Of a stretch of DNA of 38,519 nucleotides, positions 35,689 to 38,519 are shown one piece after another (position 1 is the first letter of the stretch; every line of letters begins with the position of its first letter). The DNA is taken from contig CAZBCO010000195.1 of the NCBI GenBank assembly GCA_964490295.1, positions 1 through 38,519 of the forward strand, given 5' to 3'. Both the position numbers and the translations under genes were made by a program. The notes under the pieces are model-generated. The model worked only from the letters and a program-made list of their open reading frames with translations. It did not search any database and was not told the DNA's origin. Source of the stretch: an uncultured Planctomycetota bacterium. GTDB lineage: Bacteria > Planctomycetota > PUPC01.

Positions 35689-37030
35689 GGGTGCCTCTTT
35701 GCCTCAACAGGTCGAGCGGGTCGCCCATAAACAGTTCCAAATCACGTTTCGGGCCTTCCAGCAGGCGTCGGGCCATCCGCTCGGCATCCAGGGCCGTAGC
35801 AACCGCCGCTAATTCATGAGATCGATAAACCCGCTTCAGGGCCTCGGAGGGTTCGGAGGTTCGCAATTCCTCTCCCAAGGCCCGTTGCTTCTCAAGCAAC
35901 GCGGTGATGCGCACCTGGAACGCCTCCGGCCGGCCGCTCTGCTGTTCCTGCTGTTGTTGCTGGATGGCTCTGGCGACCATCATCGGCCAGCCCGGCAAGA
36001 GCGTCAGCGGGCGCCATTCGTGCATCATCGCATCGATGCGGGCGGCGTGCATATAGTGCAGCAATCGCCCTCGCATCAGGAAGGCGACGGCCGCCGCATA
36101 GTCCGGATTGCTGCGTTGGGCAAGTGAATGGGCGATATGCAGTCCCAGGGCCATCGGCCCACTGGGTTCCTCCGCCATCGGGTTGTTGCTCGAACCCCTC
36201 GGCGGCCGAATGTTGTATCCGGTCATCCCGATGAGATACACCTCGGCCTCCCGGTGGCCACCCTTCACCAGGCCGTCGTAAACGCGGGCCAGGGCCTCGA
36301 CGATCTCCTGGCGGTGTGTTGTGGCCTTGGCCTTTTCCTCGTCGCTGCGGGGCGTGTAGAGGCTGTCGATAAACAGCCGCTCAATGGCCGCCGCGCAGAC
36401 CCGGCCCGCCCCGGTCTGGGTTTGCGTGGCCAGATAAGCCCTGGCGTCGGGCGTCAGCGGACGCGGCAGGCGAAGGAAGGTCGCTTCACAGAACGCCGTC
36501 TCCTCGGCATGACGCCGGCAGGCCCGCAGCATCACCTTGGTCGCTGGTTCGAGGTCCTCGCCGGTGTAGGTCCAACGTGAGAGTTGTTGCATCGTGTCGA
36601 GCCGGTCTTCCGGACTTTGCTTCAGCAGCAGGCGTTCCAACCGAGCGGGTGACGGCGGCCACGGAGGGATGTCGAGCAGGGCGCGTGAGACGAACCGCAA
36701 GGCCCACAACGGCGGCGTGGCCGCCGCGCGAAACGGCAGCAGGGCCGACTCCGTCACAAACCCGCGCGAAGTCGGCTGCCAAAGCATCGCCCCGGTGTCA
36801 TACCACGCATCATCGAGCGCCGTCGCGGGATGCACCACCACGGTATCGAGCACACCGGCGGCCAGGCAGGCGGGCAGAACCACCGGGGCGGTCACCACCT
36901 TCCAGGCCGTGCTCTCAGGGACCAGTGCCCCTTCGGTCGCATTCATCAGGCGGCGGTTGCGCGGGTTCATAAAAGCGCAGGAGGCGCACAACAACGGCAG
37001 CACGGCAACGAGCAACAGGCGTTTGTTCAC
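35678..37030 (-). CDS. 450-aa probable lipoprotein: N-terminal domain paralogous to the upstream 131-aa lipoprotein, plus ~330-aa helical extension of unknown function
   Basis: MNKRLLLVAVLPLLCAS|CAFMNP... Residues ~18-120 align with the 131-aa protein (CAF-NP-N, PE-T, LA-G-LD--VVHP--AL, DT---LW--PT). Contains a QQQQQEQQ tract. ATGA overlap with the upstream gene. Confidence 0.7.
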   Translation of the reverse strand: MNKRLLLVAVLPLLCASCAFMNPRNRRLMNATEGALVPESTAWKVVTAPVVLPACLAAGVLDTVVVHPATALDDAWYDTGAMLWQPTSRGFVTESALLPFRAAATPPLWALRFVSRALLDIPPWPPSPARLERLLLKQSPEDRLDTMQQLSRWTYTGEDLEPATKVMLRACRRHAEETAFCEATFLRLPRPLTPDARAYLATQTQTGAGRVCAAAIERLFIDSLYTPRSDEEKAKATTHRQEIVEALARVYDGLVKGGHREAEVYLIGMTGYNIRPPRGSSNNPMAEEPSGPMALGLHIAHSLAQRSNPDYAAAVAFLMRGRLLHYMHAARIDAMMHEWRPLTLLPGWPMMVARAIQQQQQEQQSGRPEAFQVRITALLEKQRALGEELRTSEPSEALKRVYRSHELAAVATALDAERMARRLLEGPKRDLELFMGDPLDLLRQRGTLER

Positions 37031-37422
37031 GGTTCTGATGTCCTTGAAGGCCGGAGATCAAAAAGACTTTCGCCCACCCAGTAGAAGGCAAACGCCACCG
37101 GAGTCAGAGCGGCCTTGGGCACCGCTTTGAACGCCTGGGCAGCAAACGAGCCGGTGGGCTTCGCCCACAGCACGCGGTAGGTATCTTCTCCTGCAAATCC
37201 CAGAGCTTGGAGCGGATGCACCACGGCGATGTCCAAGGCCCCGGAGGCCAAACCCAGGGGCACCGTCAGCGGCGACCACAGGGCTTTGCCGCCCGTGGTT
37301 TCGGGCGTGATGACCTGATCCAAGCCGGTCAACAGCGGCGTATTGTCCGGATTGGTGAAGGCACAGCCCCCACTGAAGAGCGCTGCGATCATCAAGCCTA
37401 AACAGATTCTACGCATCATCAT
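37027..37422 (-). CDS. 131-aa lipoprotein, possibly YceK/YidQ-like
   Basis: MMMRRICLGLMIAALFSGG|CAFTNPDN... has a clear lipobox. First gene of the minus-strand operon. The family assignment is tentative. Confidence 0.7.
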   Translation of the reverse strand: MMMRRICLGLMIAALFSGGCAFTNPDNTPLLTGLDQVITPETTGGKALWSPLTVPLGLASGALDIAVVHPLQALGFAGEDTYRVLWAKPTGSFAAQAFKAVPKAALTPVAFAFYWVGESLFDLRPSRTSEP

Positions 37423-37450
37423 GTTTCCCCGTTCAGATTCCTACAAACGC

Positions 37451-37479
37451 ATGGTACCATCCGGCGATGGCCCGGTCAA
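37451..37479 (-). promoter_or_regulatory. Candidate promoter of the five-gene minus-strand operon
   Basis: On the minus strand: TTGACC (37479-37474), 17-nt spacer, TACCAT (37456-37451). About 30 nt upstream of the ATG at 37422. Confidence 0.4.
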
Positions 37480-37545
37480 GCCGACAAATGCGGCGGGAAG
37501 CGCCGGTTTCCTGTCCGGAGTGCCGGGGAACGATTCCACCTTTCC

Positions 37546-37574
37546 TTGACACCCTGCGCGGGGAGCGGTAAAAT
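37546..37574 (+). promoter_or_regulatory. Near-consensus sigma70-type promoter for rsfS-argS
   Basis: TTGACA (37546-37551), 17-nt spacer, TAAAAT (37569-37574). 20 nt upstream of the rsfS ATG. Confidence 0.55.
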
Positions 37575-37594
37575 CCGACGTCGCGAGAAGCCCA

Positions 37595-37984
37595 ATGGCG
37601 CACTTTAAGCGGAGAGTCAACATCACATCCAGAGAACTGGCGAAGCAGGCCGCTCGCATTGCGGATGAGTTGAAGGCGACGGAGATCACCATCCTCGACG
37701 TGCGGAAACTGTCGGACATTACGGACTATTTTGTGATCTGCACCGGCGACAACCGGCGCCAGCTCACCGCGGTCCAGCGGCGTATCCTGAACACCTGCCG
37801 CCAGCCGGGCACCACCACCCCCCGACTCGAAGGCGAGCCGGGGAGCTCGTGGGTGTTGTTGGACCTGGTGGATGTGGTGGTGCATCTGTTTGACCCCGAA
37901 TCCCGGGCGTTTTATGACCTTGAATTGTTGTGGGGCGATGCGCCGAAGGTGGCCTGGGCGCCCGCCAAACCTTCCGATCGATAG
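37595..37984 (+). CDS. rsfS: Ribosomal silencing factor RsfS (IojAP family)
   Basis: 129 aa. Motifs ITILDVRKLSDITDYFVICTGDNRRQLTAV, WVLLDLVDVVVHLFDPESRAFYDLELLWGDAP. Confidence 0.9.
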   Translation: MAHFKRRVNITSRELAKQAARIADELKATEITILDVRKLSDITDYFVICTGDNRRQLTAVQRRILNTCRQPGTTTPRLEGEPGSSWVLLDLVDVVVHLFDPESRAFYDLELLWGDAPKVAWAPAKPSDR

Positions 37985-37991
37985 GAATCCT

Positions 37992-38519
37992 GTGCCCATA
38001 CGCGAGAAAATCAGCGCTGTCATTTGCAACGCCATCCGGAACCTGCCGGGTGTGGACCCCGCCGAGCTGGAGAGCCTGTGTCTGGTGGACTACGGCAGCA
38101 GTGGCCGCGGCGACCTGACCTCCCCCGTCGCCATGCGGCTGGCCAAGCCCCTGCGCCGCAACCCGCGCGAGCTGGCCGAGCTGGTCGCCCAGGCGCTGCG
38201 CGACGCCAACGACGGGCTTCGTAACGTCATCGAGCGCGTGGAGGTGGCCGGCCCCGGCTTTATCAACATCACCCTGGTCCGCCGCTATTGGGTGGACCTG
38301 TTACGTCGGATTCTGAGCGACGGCCCGCGCTACGGGCGGTCGGATATCGGCCGACGCCACAAGGTGCAGATCGAGTTCGCCTCGGCCAACCCCACCGGGC
38401 CGCTCTCCGTGGCGCACGGCCGCCAGGCCGCGCTCGGCGATGTGTTGGCCAACATCATGCGCTTCGTCGGGTTCGAGGTCGCCACCGAATACTGGGTCAA
38501 CGACTGCGGCAACCAGATC
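37992..38519 (+). CDS. argS: Arginine--tRNA ligase, N-terminal part (3' end outside window)
   Basis: Absent from the ORF track because there is no stop in the window. My translation from GTG 37992: VPIREKISAVICNAI...GDLTSPVAMRLAKPLRRNPRELAELV...VEVAGPGFINITL...GRSDIGRRHKVQIEFASANPTGPLSVAHGRQAALGDVLANIMRFVGFEV..YWVNDCGNQI. Confidence 0.9.
   Translation, partial: MPIREKISAVICNAIRNLPGVDPAELESLCLVDYGSSGRGDLTSPVAMRLAKPLRRNPRELAELVAQALRDANDGLRNVIERVEVAGPGFINITLVRRYWVDLLRRILSDGPRYGRSDIGRRHKVQIEFASANPTGPLSVAHGRQAALGDVLANIMRFVGFEVATEYWVNDCGNQI

Overview
GC-rich bacterial chromosomal segment. The odd length and the genes cut at both ends suggest it may be a whole contig. About 32 kb on the + strand is one long translation supercluster. 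It runs: 3' part of rpoC; rpsL-rpsG-fusA (no tuf); a consensus sigma70-type promoter; the S10-spc-alpha ribosomal operons (rpsJ to rplQ, including secY, adk, map, infA, rpmJ, rpoA, but lacking rplC and rpmD); tRNA-Val(GAC); then thrS-infC-rpmI-rplT-pheS. Where pheT normally sits there is a 1530-aa membrane-anchored protein built from repeated PpiD/SurA-like chaperone modules. It is followed by a uvrA interrupted by a 2-nt frameshift. Beyond uvrA lies a 400-bp low-GC spacer between convergent genes. It holds three perfect TTATCCACA DnaA boxes, further degenerate boxes and an AT-rich tract. Next comes a tightly coupled five-gene minus-strand operon: two paralogous lipoproteins, a small membrane protein, a third lipoprotein, and a SpoIIE/PP2C phosphatase with an unassigned N-terminal domain. 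The window ends with rsfS and the 5' part of argS. The first 319 nt are anomalous: a 40-nt direct repeat brackets a lower-GC, in-frame, foreign-looking coding segment fused to rpoC. I found no CRISPR array, transposase, integrase or rRNA. The long minus-strand ORFs opposite the conserved genes are GC-driven shadow ORFs. All calls rest on reading the translations and the sequence by eye; no database search was possible.
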